From positions 1-45,332 of the IMG/VR virus record IMGVR_UViG_3300029822_000020: a stretch of 45,332 bases of DNA; one strand, 5' to 3'. The notes under the pieces are model-generated. The model made no database searches and had not been told where the DNA came from. It saw only the letters and a program-made list of their open reading frames with translations. Shown here piece after piece: positions 37,513 through 45,144 of this stretch (position 1 is the first letter of the stretch; each line of letters starts with the position of its first letter). The stretch comes from a virus (Duplodnaviria; Caudoviricetes). Both the position numbers and the translations under genes were made by a program.

Positions 37513-38373
37513 TTAAAATAGATTGTTGTTTAGTATATCTTGTGCGTACTTTTCTGCCGCCGCATCTAGTGCCTCGTCATCTGACAGTTGAGTTTCTGTA
37601 GCACCGTTAGGCTTCACAGAAGAAGACTGTTGACGCTGTTTTTTATTAGTCAAGCTCTTTTGAACGGCTGACTTTTTAGCGTCCTCTATGAGTGAATCCA
37701 TATGAGCTAACTTGAAAGCAGCTTCAAATGTGATAGCACCTGTGTTAATACCGTGAACTAAGCCATTTTCTTTAGCGTACTCAACCGTAGCGGCAATTTG
37801 CTCTTGTGTGGCTTCATACTTTGTTGCCACATTAGCAATATCTGCCTGAATACGTTGGTCTTGTACTTGTCCACGCAGTTGCTGAAGCTCTTGACGTTGT
37901 GCATTCTGTTCACGTAGAAACTCTAAAGGCACGCCTTGTTCTTCTGCTTCTTTTGCTAGTTGATCGTCTGCCCATTGTTGCTGTAGCTGTTCAGGCGTCA
38001 TGCCATAAGCGTCAGCCATCTGCTTAACGAATGCTGCTTGTTGAGCTAACATTTCATTTTGTCGTCGCATTTCAGCGAATGCCGCATCACGTTTAGAAGC
38101 TTCTTCAGATAGGTGTGCAGGAATTTCTTCGCCACCGCCTGTTTCTGTTTCTTCTAGCTCCTCGTCTGTAGCTTCTTCGTTGATGTCTTCGTCTACGACG
38201 TTCTCGTCTATGATTTCATCTTCGCCACTGCCTACAGGGTCTACGTCATCTGCTAATTGCTCTTGTTCTTGTTGGTGTTCTTCGAACCAATCATCCATTT
38301 GTGAGACGTCGAAGTCTGTTGCAAAGTACTGTAAATCTAAAGGTAAAAGCATTTTCATAGTTTGTGCATTCAT
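37513..38373 (-). CDS. scaffolding protein
   Basis: Acidic N-terminus, AAFAEMRR, coiled coil; between portal and MCP. Confidence 0.8.
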   Translation of the reverse strand: MNAQTMKMLLPLDLQYFATDFDVSQMDDWFEEHQQEQEQLADDVDPVGSGEDEIIDENVVDEDINEEATDEELEETETGGGEEIPAHLSEEASKRDAAFAEMRRQNEMLAQQAAFVKQMADAYGMTPEQLQQQWADDQLAKEAEEQGVPLEFLREQNAQRQELQQLRGQVQDQRIQADIANVATKYEATQEQIAATVEYAKENGLVHGINTGAITFEAAFKLAHMDSLIEDAKKSAVQKSLTNKKQRQQSSSVKPNGATETQLSDDEALDAAAEKYAQDILNNNLF

Positions 38374-38451
38374 TCGTATTCCTCTCTCCTTACGCTTGGA
38401 TTATTGTCACGACGCAGCGAATGTCGGACAAGTATGTCTTAACTATTATGA

Positions 38452-38480
38452 ATGCTACCATACTATGAAATAATTGTCAA
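38452..38480 (-). promoter_or_regulatory. sigmaA-type promoter for scaffold-capsid, overlapped by a dyad
   Basis: TTGACA-17-TAGCAT with TG extension; CTATGAAA…TTTCATAG inverted repeat at 38463-38493. Confidence 0.75.
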
Positions 38481-38491
38481 ACTATTTTCAT

Positions 38492-38572
38492 AGAAAAAGG
38501 CAGACATTGAACGGTATATCGTCCAACATCTGCCTTTTTATAAACATCTATGTCAGGGGAATAGATGAATGC
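38492..38572 (-). ncRNA. candidate ~80-nt sRNA with two hairpins; the second is an intrinsic terminator
   Basis: Upstream promoter; CATCTAT-TCCCCTGAC-ATAGATG hairpin; 15-bp stem with 3 G-U pairs plus U-tract. Confidence 0.45.
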
Positions 38573-38578
38573 TAGTTA

Positions 38579-38607
38579 AATGTACCATATAGGCTAAGGT
38601 AGGTCAA
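38579..38607 (-). promoter_or_regulatory. sigmaA-type promoter overlapping the portal stop codon
   Basis: TTGACC-17-TACATT with TG extension. Confidence 0.6.
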
Positions 38608-40427
38608 GCCATTTGTGGGATATTCTGTGGGTTTCCGCCAGTCGGAGCGCCTGCCTGTTGAGCTAAAGCACCTTGCTCCATTTGTGAGAACATTTGTTGT
38701 GCCATTTCATTAATTGTATTAGGGTCTACACCTTGTTGCAACGATTCGAACATCATTTCAGCAACTTGCATAGCTTCTTGTGTCTTGTTCTGCATTTCTT
38801 CCATGTTCATACGCTCGATAATTTCCTCGCCATGAACTAGGTTCATCATGCGTATTGCTTCTTGCGGCTTCAAGATAGCTACAGGTGCGTCTTGGAAGTA
38901 CTGCCCTTGCGTATTAAGCAGTTCTTTAGCCTCTTGCTGTTCACGCATACGTGTGATTGGAGCTTTACTTGAAACATCTACAGCAACGTCATAAGCTAAG
39001 TCAGCAAAGTCTTTTCCGACGTACGGTATGAAGTCTTGTACTTCTCCCTTGTCATCCATTATTCTAATGAGTCGTTCTTCTTCGTAGAACTCTGTCATGA
39101 ATGCAAGCTGTAACTTCGTTAAACCTTCTACATATAACTCAATATCGTACATTTGGTCGCGGTCACGCATTGTAGAACGGTCAATAAGTGCCTGCACACC
39201 TGAAGAAGTTTGAAGGGAACCGACGTTCTGCCCCATGTATGACTCTGTAAGTCCAGTAATTTCACGAATATTCTGTTTAGCAGCCTCTAATAAGTTGAAA
39301 AGCTGTGGCGGAATAGTCTGTGGCTGAACAATGTGTATTGTCTGTGACGGTAGTTCGTTAGATTCCCATACCATGTTTGGAGCGTTACCGAACTTGGCAA
39401 GCTCTTTAGGGTCAATACCTGAAGTTTTAGAGACAATTTTTTGAGGATTCTGCAATAGAATACCTATCATTGCGATAATTGACTCTACTTTGTTAATGAT
39501 CTTTTGGTTATCCAGTATGAACTCACATGTTGACATGCCCCAAAAATCTTGACGCTGACGGAAATCATAAAGCACTTCGAATGGGTAGCAGTTAGGTCTA
39601 CACGGTTCTTCTAAAAGGAAACGCCCGTTCGCCATATACGCTACTTTGTAATCATAGCCGCCTGCATCGTTCATCTCCTTAGAGTAGTACTTTAAGAAAT
39701 CGCACACACGTTCGTTATCTGAACTACCGTAGTCACGTTGGTAAATCTCTCCACGGTCAGCAGCGTCGATAGCACTGTTTTCCACTTGGTCTGTAGACTT
39801 GTAGTACTTCTTAAACTTAGGATGATTTTTCACCCATGATAACGGTCTACGCTCACGAATTATAATGTACTCGCATTCGTCGATACTGAAAGCATTAGGG
39901 TCAGGGAAGAAGCTAGACGGCTCAATTTGTTTAACCTCAATTTCTCCCTCATAACGGAAACCTTCATCACCTAGAACAGTTGTTCCCATTGTACCCTCTT
40001 TTTCCTCGTTCCAGTACATATAAGCAATGCCTGTTCCTAGCAATTTAGCAGTTTCAATATTTTCACGAATAACCTTACGCATCTTTATACGGTCGAATGT
40101 ATCCTCATACGCTTTATTCATAAGGCTTACACGTTCGATACCTGCTGGACTAAGCGGTCTTAGCTTTGCTACAGGGTTTTCCACTGCAAATGCTGCACGC
40201 TTCGTATATTTTACTAGGTGCACGAAGTTCGTTACAGGCTTTGGCAGCCAAGGAGGAGCTGAAGATAGTTCCCATTGTTGGTTACGGTCAAATGCGTCAA
40301 GCTCTTTCCACGTTGCGTGCTTTGATTGGCACTTGTTTTTAGCTTTTTGAAAGTTTGCTAGAATAATATTAGCCTTATTTTTGCTAGGCTCACCTTCTAG
40401 TATGATTTTATCTAGTTCTTTTTCCAA
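38604..40427 (-). CDS. portal protein (P22-like)
   Basis: QQW…KPVTN, GTGI, FFPDP.A, YPF, FWG.S, IREITG…G motifs; follows TerL. Confidence 0.9.
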   Translation of the reverse strand: MEKELDKIILEGEPSKNKANIILANFQKAKNKCQSKHATWKELDAFDRNQQWELSSAPPWLPKPVTNFVHLVKYTKRAAFAVENPVAKLRPLSPAGIERVSLMNKAYEDTFDRIKMRKVIRENIETAKLLGTGIAYMYWNEEKEGTMGTTVLGDEGFRYEGEIEVKQIEPSSFFPDPNAFSIDECEYIIIRERRPLSWVKNHPKFKKYYKSTDQVENSAIDAADRGEIYQRDYGSSDNERVCDFLKYYSKEMNDAGGYDYKVAYMANGRFLLEEPCRPNCYPFEVLYDFRQRQDFWGMSTCEFILDNQKIINKVESIIAMIGILLQNPQKIVSKTSGIDPKELAKFGNAPNMVWESNELPSQTIHIVQPQTIPPQLFNLLEAAKQNIREITGLTESYMGQNVGSLQTSSGVQALIDRSTMRDRDQMYDIELYVEGLTKLQLAFMTEFYEEERLIRIMDDKGEVQDFIPYVGKDFADLAYDVAVDVSSKAPITRMREQQEAKELLNTQGQYFQDAPVAILKPQEAIRMMNLVHGEEIIERMNMEEMQNKTQEAMQVAEMMFESLQQGVDPNTINEMAQQMFSQMEQGALAQQAGAPTGGNPQNIPQMA

Positions 40428-40439
40428 TTTACAACCTCC

Positions 40440-40637
40440 TTATCGTATGTGCCCATTACTTTGTGTAAGGTATTGCTCTATTTCAGGAGGCGGCGCTATA
40501 ACTTTATTGTATTTAACGTCAGATTCGTCAGCAGGCTTGCTCGTTGCAGGCTTGCCAATGTTAACGTGTATACCGCCTTGAAACACGCCTATAGCGTACC
40601 CTAGACCTAAGGCAGCTAGTCCTACTATCGTTATCAT
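40440..40637 (-). CDS. small membrane protein
   Basis: N-terminal TM; GGGGGA RBS. Confidence 0.7.
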   Translation of the reverse strand: MITIVGLAALGLGYAIGVFQGGIHVNIGKPATSKPADESDVKYNKVIAPPPEIEQYLTQSNGHIR

Positions 40638-40648
40638 TCTGATTCCCC

Positions 40649-42193
40649 CTAGTAATAATCGTTGTACCAGTCGTCACGGCTGTATGCTCCACCTTCGTCT
40701 TGAAGCTCGAAAGGCAAGTGCGATTGCGTGTCTTTTACGTAAATTGTCCTGCCTCCACCATAACCGACACTTTTTAGCGCAGATGGGTCGTCAGGCAACT
40801 CTTGGATAATATACCTTAAAGTATCGCATGTATGGTTATCTTTGTCAATCGGCTTATCTGTTGCCTTGCCGTCTAGCTCTTGTTCAGGGTAACGGTAGTT
40901 TTGGTGCTCGAAGATAGTTTCAGTACATTCAGCCAGTACCTTTAGCTTGCCCATATCAAGGTATCCGAACACTTTCATGATACCTGCATCTATCCTGTTA
41001 TCGCCCTCTTTGTAGTAAATTCCGTACTCTGCATAGTGGTCAAAGATAGATTTCTTATCGTTGATATTTTTACGCTTCCCTGAAGGGTCACCTACGAGTT
41101 TTTGCAGTGATCCATGACCTAAGTGTGCCATGCGGCGTTTCATAGTGGCAGCATGTGTCGGAACGGCTAACCTATTTTTCACATACTCGCTGTACACGTA
41201 AACCATTCCATCTACAGGATTGATAGCAGCTAGTAATAGAGTCGTAGGGTCATTGATTCCGAAGTCGGAACCGCCGTAAACCGTCCATCCTTTTTCCTGA
41301 ATATTCTTAATAATATCAGCCGATGTTAATTCATACTCAATCGCTTTATCGAAGTTTGGATAAACTAAGCCTTCCGCTTGAATGAATGATCCTTTCAAAT
41401 AGCGGTTAATCCAGTGGTCGGGTTTACCTGCTGAAACAGTCTCTACGTAGTCAGACGGTAGGTAAATATTCATGTCTGTACGTGCAATATGGACGTGCAT
41501 GTTTCTGTTCATTTCTTCGTGTTTACGTGGGTATTTATCCTCTGAACCGTAGATTCTAGCAGATTGCATAAGGAAGTCTGTTTTAATCCAGTTGCTGTCA
41601 GGGTTCGTTGACAGGATAATCTTATGATCGTCCGTAGCGTGGTGACGAAGACGTGTCTGTAACTGTGTGAAGATTGAAAGCGTTGTACCGTTTGCCTCCT
41701 CTATCCACACGTGGCACAGGTTCAAAGAGCGTAGCTTTTGTTCGTCATCGAAACTACGGAAAAGAATAGTGTAACCGTTCGTTAGTTTTAATACGCCCTT
41801 TGATTGGTTGTGGCTCTCTATCAGTTCTTCAGGCAACATGTCCAGTATTTGCTTCTTGGCTGTTTGTTCTAGCTGTGGATATGTATGCGCCCCTACTAAA
41901 CCTTGACCGTTTGGCGTATTAAGTGCGAGCATAATAAATTCAGCACCGCATGTACTTGTTTTGGCGGAGCCGTAACCGCCTGCATACATCTTGTATTTTA
42001 CAGGGTCATTGTGAAATCGTAATTGGTGCGGCATCGGCGTGTAGACAAATACCAATTGGTCACAGTTGTCACACTTTACCCACCATTCATTGGAATCAAC
42101 AGTCTCTACATATCGACCTAAGGAGCACGATTGGCAAGACTGTCCGATATGTTGGGCGTTCATAACCTTAGACTTTTCTGCTACTGCTGTCAT
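40649..42193 (-). CDS. terL: terminase large subunit with N-terminal Zn-ribbon
   Basis: PHQ Q-motif, GGYGSAKT Walker A, WIEEA Walker B, STNP, DFGINDPT and NHTCDTLRY nuclease motifs. Confidence 0.95.
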   Translation of the reverse strand: MTAVAEKSKVMNAQHIGQSCQSCSLGRYVETVDSNEWWVKCDNCDQLVFVYTPMPHQLRFHNDPVKYKMYAGGYGSAKTSTCGAEFIMLALNTPNGQGLVGAHTYPQLEQTAKKQILDMLPEELIESHNQSKGVLKLTNGYTILFRSFDDEQKLRSLNLCHVWIEEANGTTLSIFTQLQTRLRHHATDDHKIILSTNPDSNWIKTDFLMQSARIYGSEDKYPRKHEEMNRNMHVHIARTDMNIYLPSDYVETVSAGKPDHWINRYLKGSFIQAEGLVYPNFDKAIEYELTSADIIKNIQEKGWTVYGGSDFGINDPTTLLLAAINPVDGMVYVYSEYVKNRLAVPTHAATMKRRMAHLGHGSLQKLVGDPSGKRKNINDKKSIFDHYAEYGIYYKEGDNRIDAGIMKVFGYLDMGKLKVLAECTETIFEHQNYRYPEQELDGKATDKPIDKDNHTCDTLRYIIQELPDDPSALKSVGYGGGRTIYVKDTQSHLPFELQDEGGAYSRDDWYNDYY

Positions 42194-42288
42194 TCTTCCT
42201 CACGCCCCTTCAGTGAGAGGTATGCACCTACATGCGCTAATACGTATAGGAATACAAGGTAACCGCATATCGTTAATGTTACTGCCAT
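42190..42288 (-). CDS. 32-aa single-TM protein, absent from the ORF track
   Basis: MAVTLTICGYLVFLYVLAHVGAYLSLKGREEE; overlaps both neighbours; GAGGA RBS. Confidence 0.55.
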   Translation of the reverse strand: MAVTLTICGYLVFLYVLAHVGAYLSLKGREEE

Positions 42289-42893
42289 TCTCGGTCATCC
42301 TCTCCCTCTAGTTCTGTCACTTTCTTGTTATCAGGATTGAATAATGCCAAGTATGCCTTATCGAGTGCGGAACTAAAGGTGCTGTGGTTGATAACATGCA
42401 TCGTGCCGTCAGCATTCAAGTATATTTCGCCTCGTTCCAGTCGTCGTTGTAGCAGCTCCCCATCGAAGAAGTGACGCAGGTTATTTCTGTTCTCTGTGTA
42501 GACAGCGTTTCGGCTCTTGTCCTGTACCTTACGTGTAGCAGGGTCAGGCATGTACATCATGACATACTGCGTCTTGTCCTTTGTCTGTTGGTTAATCTGC
42601 TCGGATTGCTTCAGCAGTTGCGAGATGGCAGCCGTATCGCCTTGCTTCAGGTCACTAGTACCTAAGCGATTCAGCGCCTTACGAGCTAAGGCTTCTGTGA
42701 GGATAGCTGTTTCCTTCAGGATAAAACGGTCATGGTCTTGTAGGAATCGTCGCCATTCATCACGCGGAATGTGCGGGTGTGCGTCGTGCAGTTCGTAGTG
42801 TGTCATGTACAACGATTCAGGCATACGCGCTTCGAATATTTCTTCTGCCGTACGATGATCTTCTAGGAACGTTGTTGTCTCATTTATTTTCAT
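42279..42893 (-). CDS. putative terminase small subunit
   Basis: Position upstream of TerL; helical N-terminal domain; no diagnostic motif recognised. Confidence 0.5.
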   Translation of the reverse strand: MKINETTTFLEDHRTAEEIFEARMPESLYMTHYELHDAHPHIPRDEWRRFLQDHDRFILKETAILTEALARKALNRLGTSDLKQGDTAAISQLLKQSEQINQQTKDKTQYVMMYMPDPATRKVQDKSRNAVYTENRNNLRHFFDGELLQRRLERGEIYLNADGTMHVINHSTFSSALDKAYLALFNPDNKKVTELEGEDDREWQ

Positions 42894-43089
42894 TCTTGTA
42901 GTACTCCTTTCTCGCCTTACGTTCAGCTCGGCGGTAGATGTATCTTTCTGTCGAGTCGAGGAGCTTTTCCCCTATATCAGCGATTATATAAGCAGGTGCG
43001 AATACTAAAAACATAGGAATACCTAATATAACTAAGCGTACCTTGAAGTATCGCGCTGCGTACTTTTTACGTAATTTGTCTAGTGTCAA
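42880..43089 (-). CDS. small membrane protein (TTG start at 43089)
   Basis: AAGGTGG RBS; one TM with basic flanks; the track's start lies inside the promoter. Confidence 0.6.
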   Translation of the reverse strand: MTLDKLRKKYAARYFKVRLVILGIPMFLVFAPAYIIADIGEKLLDSTERYIYRRAERKARKEYYKNENK

Positions 43090-43112
43090 GCCTATTCCAC
43101 CTTTTGAGGTGC

Positions 43113-43173
43113 AGTATACCACAAATTACTAAATAATACAATCGTTGATGTGTACCTGCCTATGTACTACACT
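43113..43173. promoter_or_regulatory. back-to-back divergent promoters (late operon leftward, HNH rightward)
   Basis: Minus: TTGTAT-17-TATACT with TGTG (43141-43113); plus: TTGATG-17-TACACT (43145-43173). Confidence 0.65.
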
Positions 43174-43195
43174 GGTTACATAGGAGAGTGATGAA

Positions 43196-43696
43196 ATGAA
43201 GATTATTACAGCAATTAAAGGCGAGCAAATTATGGTAGATGATGAAGACTTTGATTTTCTTAATAGACATGTATGGAAAGTGTATAAAGGGTATGCAGTT
43301 ACAGCTATAGCAGGTAACAATATTCCTATGCATAGACTTGTACACGGGAGCGTACCTACAGGTTTTGTGGTTGACCATAAGGACAGGATTAAACTAAATA
43401 ATATGAAACATAACCTTAGAACTGCAACTACTGCTCAAAATAGTTACAACGCCGTATATGGTCATCAAGGTAAAATGATAGGTGTGTCGAAGCACCGCAC
43501 TAAATTCCTAGCTAAGACATCTATTAACAATAGAACTGTCAGTATTGGCGTATACCCTACTGAAGAAGAAGCAGGAGTGGCTAGAGACGAGGTCGTATAC
43601 AATATAAGAGGCGACTTCGCTGTACTTAACTTTCCTGAAAATATAGATAGGTATAAGACGTTTATACTGCCTGAACGTATACGTAAGTACCTTTAA
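43196..43696 (+). CDS. HNH-AP2 homing endonuclease
   Basis: VDDEDFD, MHRLV, VVDHKDRIKLNN..HNLR; AP2-like GV…IGVYPTEEEAG.ARD…GDFAVLNF. Confidence 0.9.
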   Translation: MKIITAIKGEQIMVDDEDFDFLNRHVWKVYKGYAVTAIAGNNIPMHRLVHGSVPTGFVVDHKDRIKLNNMKHNLRTATTAQNSYNAVYGHQGKMIGVSKHRTKFLAKTSINNRTVSIGVYPTEEEAGVARDEVVYNIRGDFAVLNFPENIDRYKTFILPERIRKYL

Positions 43697-43699
43697 TTC

Positions 43700-43724
43700 A
43701 AAGCACCCCCTATGGGTGCTTTTT
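43700..43724 (+). terminator. intrinsic terminator after HNH
   Basis: AAAGCACCC-CCTAT-GGGTGCTTT-TT. Confidence 0.85.
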
Positions 43725-43774
43725 CTGAATTTAATAGAAAAATAGGTGAAAGGTGTGGGAGATTACTAATATAT

Positions 43775-43995
43775 TATTGAAAAATTTTTTCTCGTACCCG
43801 TATGGAACCATTTACCACGCCCACCCCCACCCCTGTGAACTGTGAGAAAATTTTAAATTGTTTGAATTGATTTGAAAATTTTTATAGCCGTACACCCCAC
43901 CCCACAGCACCGATCGGCTCGCAAAATTTTTATACATACATATACATGTAGTATGCACACACGTGCGTATGGGTATACGTGTTACGCACATATAA
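43775..43995. repeat. non-coding low-complexity region, candidate genome terminus / pac / origin
   Basis: Four AAAATTTT tracts, two CCCCACCCC blocks and a ~60-bp mostly alternating purine-pyrimidine tract. Confidence 0.5.
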
Positions 43996-44039
43996 TAGGA
44001 AGCAACTCGATTACTTAAAAAGTTTTAAAGTTTTTTCAC

Positions 44040-44167
44040 TAAAAGGGTTGACGCATTCGACCACCTCATGTAATATGTAATCATAAGCAACAGCAACCAA
44101 CGAGTTGAACAACTTAAAAACTTTTTAAATAAAAGGGTTGACAGGTTGGAACACCTCATGGTAAACT
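44040..44167 (+). promoter_or_regulatory. tandem duplicated strong early promoters
   Basis: TAAAAGGGTTGAC…CACCTCATG twice, 90 bp apart: TTGACG-17-TAATAT and TTGACA-18-TAAACT (TG extension), each preceded by A/T tracts. Confidence 0.85.
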
Positions 44168-44169
44168 GT

Positions 44170-44550
44170 TAACAACAGCAAGCGAGCTACACAGCTTGAG
44201 CGAAGCTAAGGCAGTATGAAGCGGAAAGCGACATGCACGGAACTAGCGGAGCAGGCGCACATTGATAATCGAATAGCTAATAGGGTAAGACCTTTAACTC
44301 GAAGACCTACGGAATGGTGAGGCACATAATCGGATACGAAGCCCGATAGACAGTTGCATGATGCGACTGCATGATATGACATGCTAGGACAAGCAATCCT
44401 AACAACCTACAGCACACATACGAGCGTTAGAAGCGGGGCAAGGTGAACGACACACACGCAAGTATTAGAACTGTACAGTGCAGACTGGGAACTAAGGGAG
44501 CTTGCTTGTCTTATGGATGACATATCCAACACTTTGAACTAAGGGAGCGA
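44170..44550 (+). ncRNA. candidate structured early leader RNA with a boxA-like element
   Basis: About 380 nt without a convincing gene; several hairpins; GCACATTGATAATCGAATAG at 44257-44276. Confidence 0.4.
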
Positions 44551-44557
44551 TTTCATT

Positions 44558-44839
44558 ATGAACGCAAAGCAATTCAAACTACACGGCAAGTCAATCTTAA
44601 TCATGGTAGAACAGGCAGTACTCACAACTAACGGAGTACCGCAGTACGACATTACATTAATGGCGAACAACGGTTTGCCAGAAGGCGAATGGGTACAATG
44701 GAACCCAACAATTAAGGGACTAAAGCGACTAAAGTCTAACAAATACCGTGTGACCGGATATTATGAAGGAACTACAAGCCTGATTCATTACGTGTATAAC
44801 ATCGTATCCAATTGGTATCCATCATATCTAAATGACTAA
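44558..44839 (+). CDS. hypothetical first early protein
   Basis: AAGGGAG RBS. Confidence 0.75.
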   Translation: MNAKQFKLHGKSILIMVEQAVLTTNGVPQYDITLMANNGLPEGEWVQWNPTIKGLKRLKSNKYRVTGYYEGTTSLIHYVYNIVSNWYPSYLND

Positions 44840-44856
44840 ACTAAGGGGACTTGAAC

Positions 44857-45012
44857 ATGATAAATTATTACGAAATTCAAACATTTACAACTAAGGAAGC
44901 CTACGAAGAAGCGTTACACGACATTAATGAGTTCATGATTATGGACGGTTTCGAAGCTATGGCAGTTTCCACTAGTACGTCAACTGGCGTAACTACGGTG
45001 GTTTACTTCTAA
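44857..45012 (+). CDS. 51-aa hypothetical early protein, absent from the ORF track
   Basis: AAGGGGA RBS; MINYYEIQTFTTKEAYEEALHDINEF…. Confidence 0.65.
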   Translation: MINYYEIQTFTTKEAYEEALHDINEFMIMDGFEAMAVSTSTSTGVTTVVYF

Positions 45013-45074
45013 TTATGTGTATAAGTATGCACAAACATGCATAAACAGTGTATATTCAACCTGATGACTTAGGA

Positions 45075-45144
45075 GGTGGCGCATTCTCACTACTTGCTTT
45101 CTAATTGAGAAAATCGGTAGTGAAGTCGCTACCGAAATGCCACC
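45075..45144 (+). other. three-way-junction structured element
   Basis: GGTGGC/GCCACC enclosing TTCTCA/TGAGAA and TCGGTAGTG/CGCTACCGA. Confidence 0.45.

Noticed and set aside
38564-38592. Plus-strand micro-ORFs after CAGGGGAATAG (MNAS*, MLVKCTI*)
   Set aside because: Only 4-7 codons, no + strand promoter seen, and the SD sits in a hairpin; kept only as the alternative to the sRNA hypothesis.
23592-42798. Plus-strand ORFs in the late arm (e.g. 23592-23933, 25078-25497, 29771-30085, 40027-40350)
   Set aside because: They are antisense shadows of structural and lysis genes.
44216-44320. 34-codon ORF MKRKATCTEL… in the early leader
   Set aside because: Its RBS is weak compared with other genes in this phage, and it overlaps the boxA-like element. 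It cannot be fully excluded.
45061-45140. Hammerhead ribozyme (CTGATGA at 45061 and CGAAA at 45133)
   Set aside because: CUGAUGA is not directly followed by the stem that closes onto GAAA, and the stem order does not fit any hammerhead permutation.
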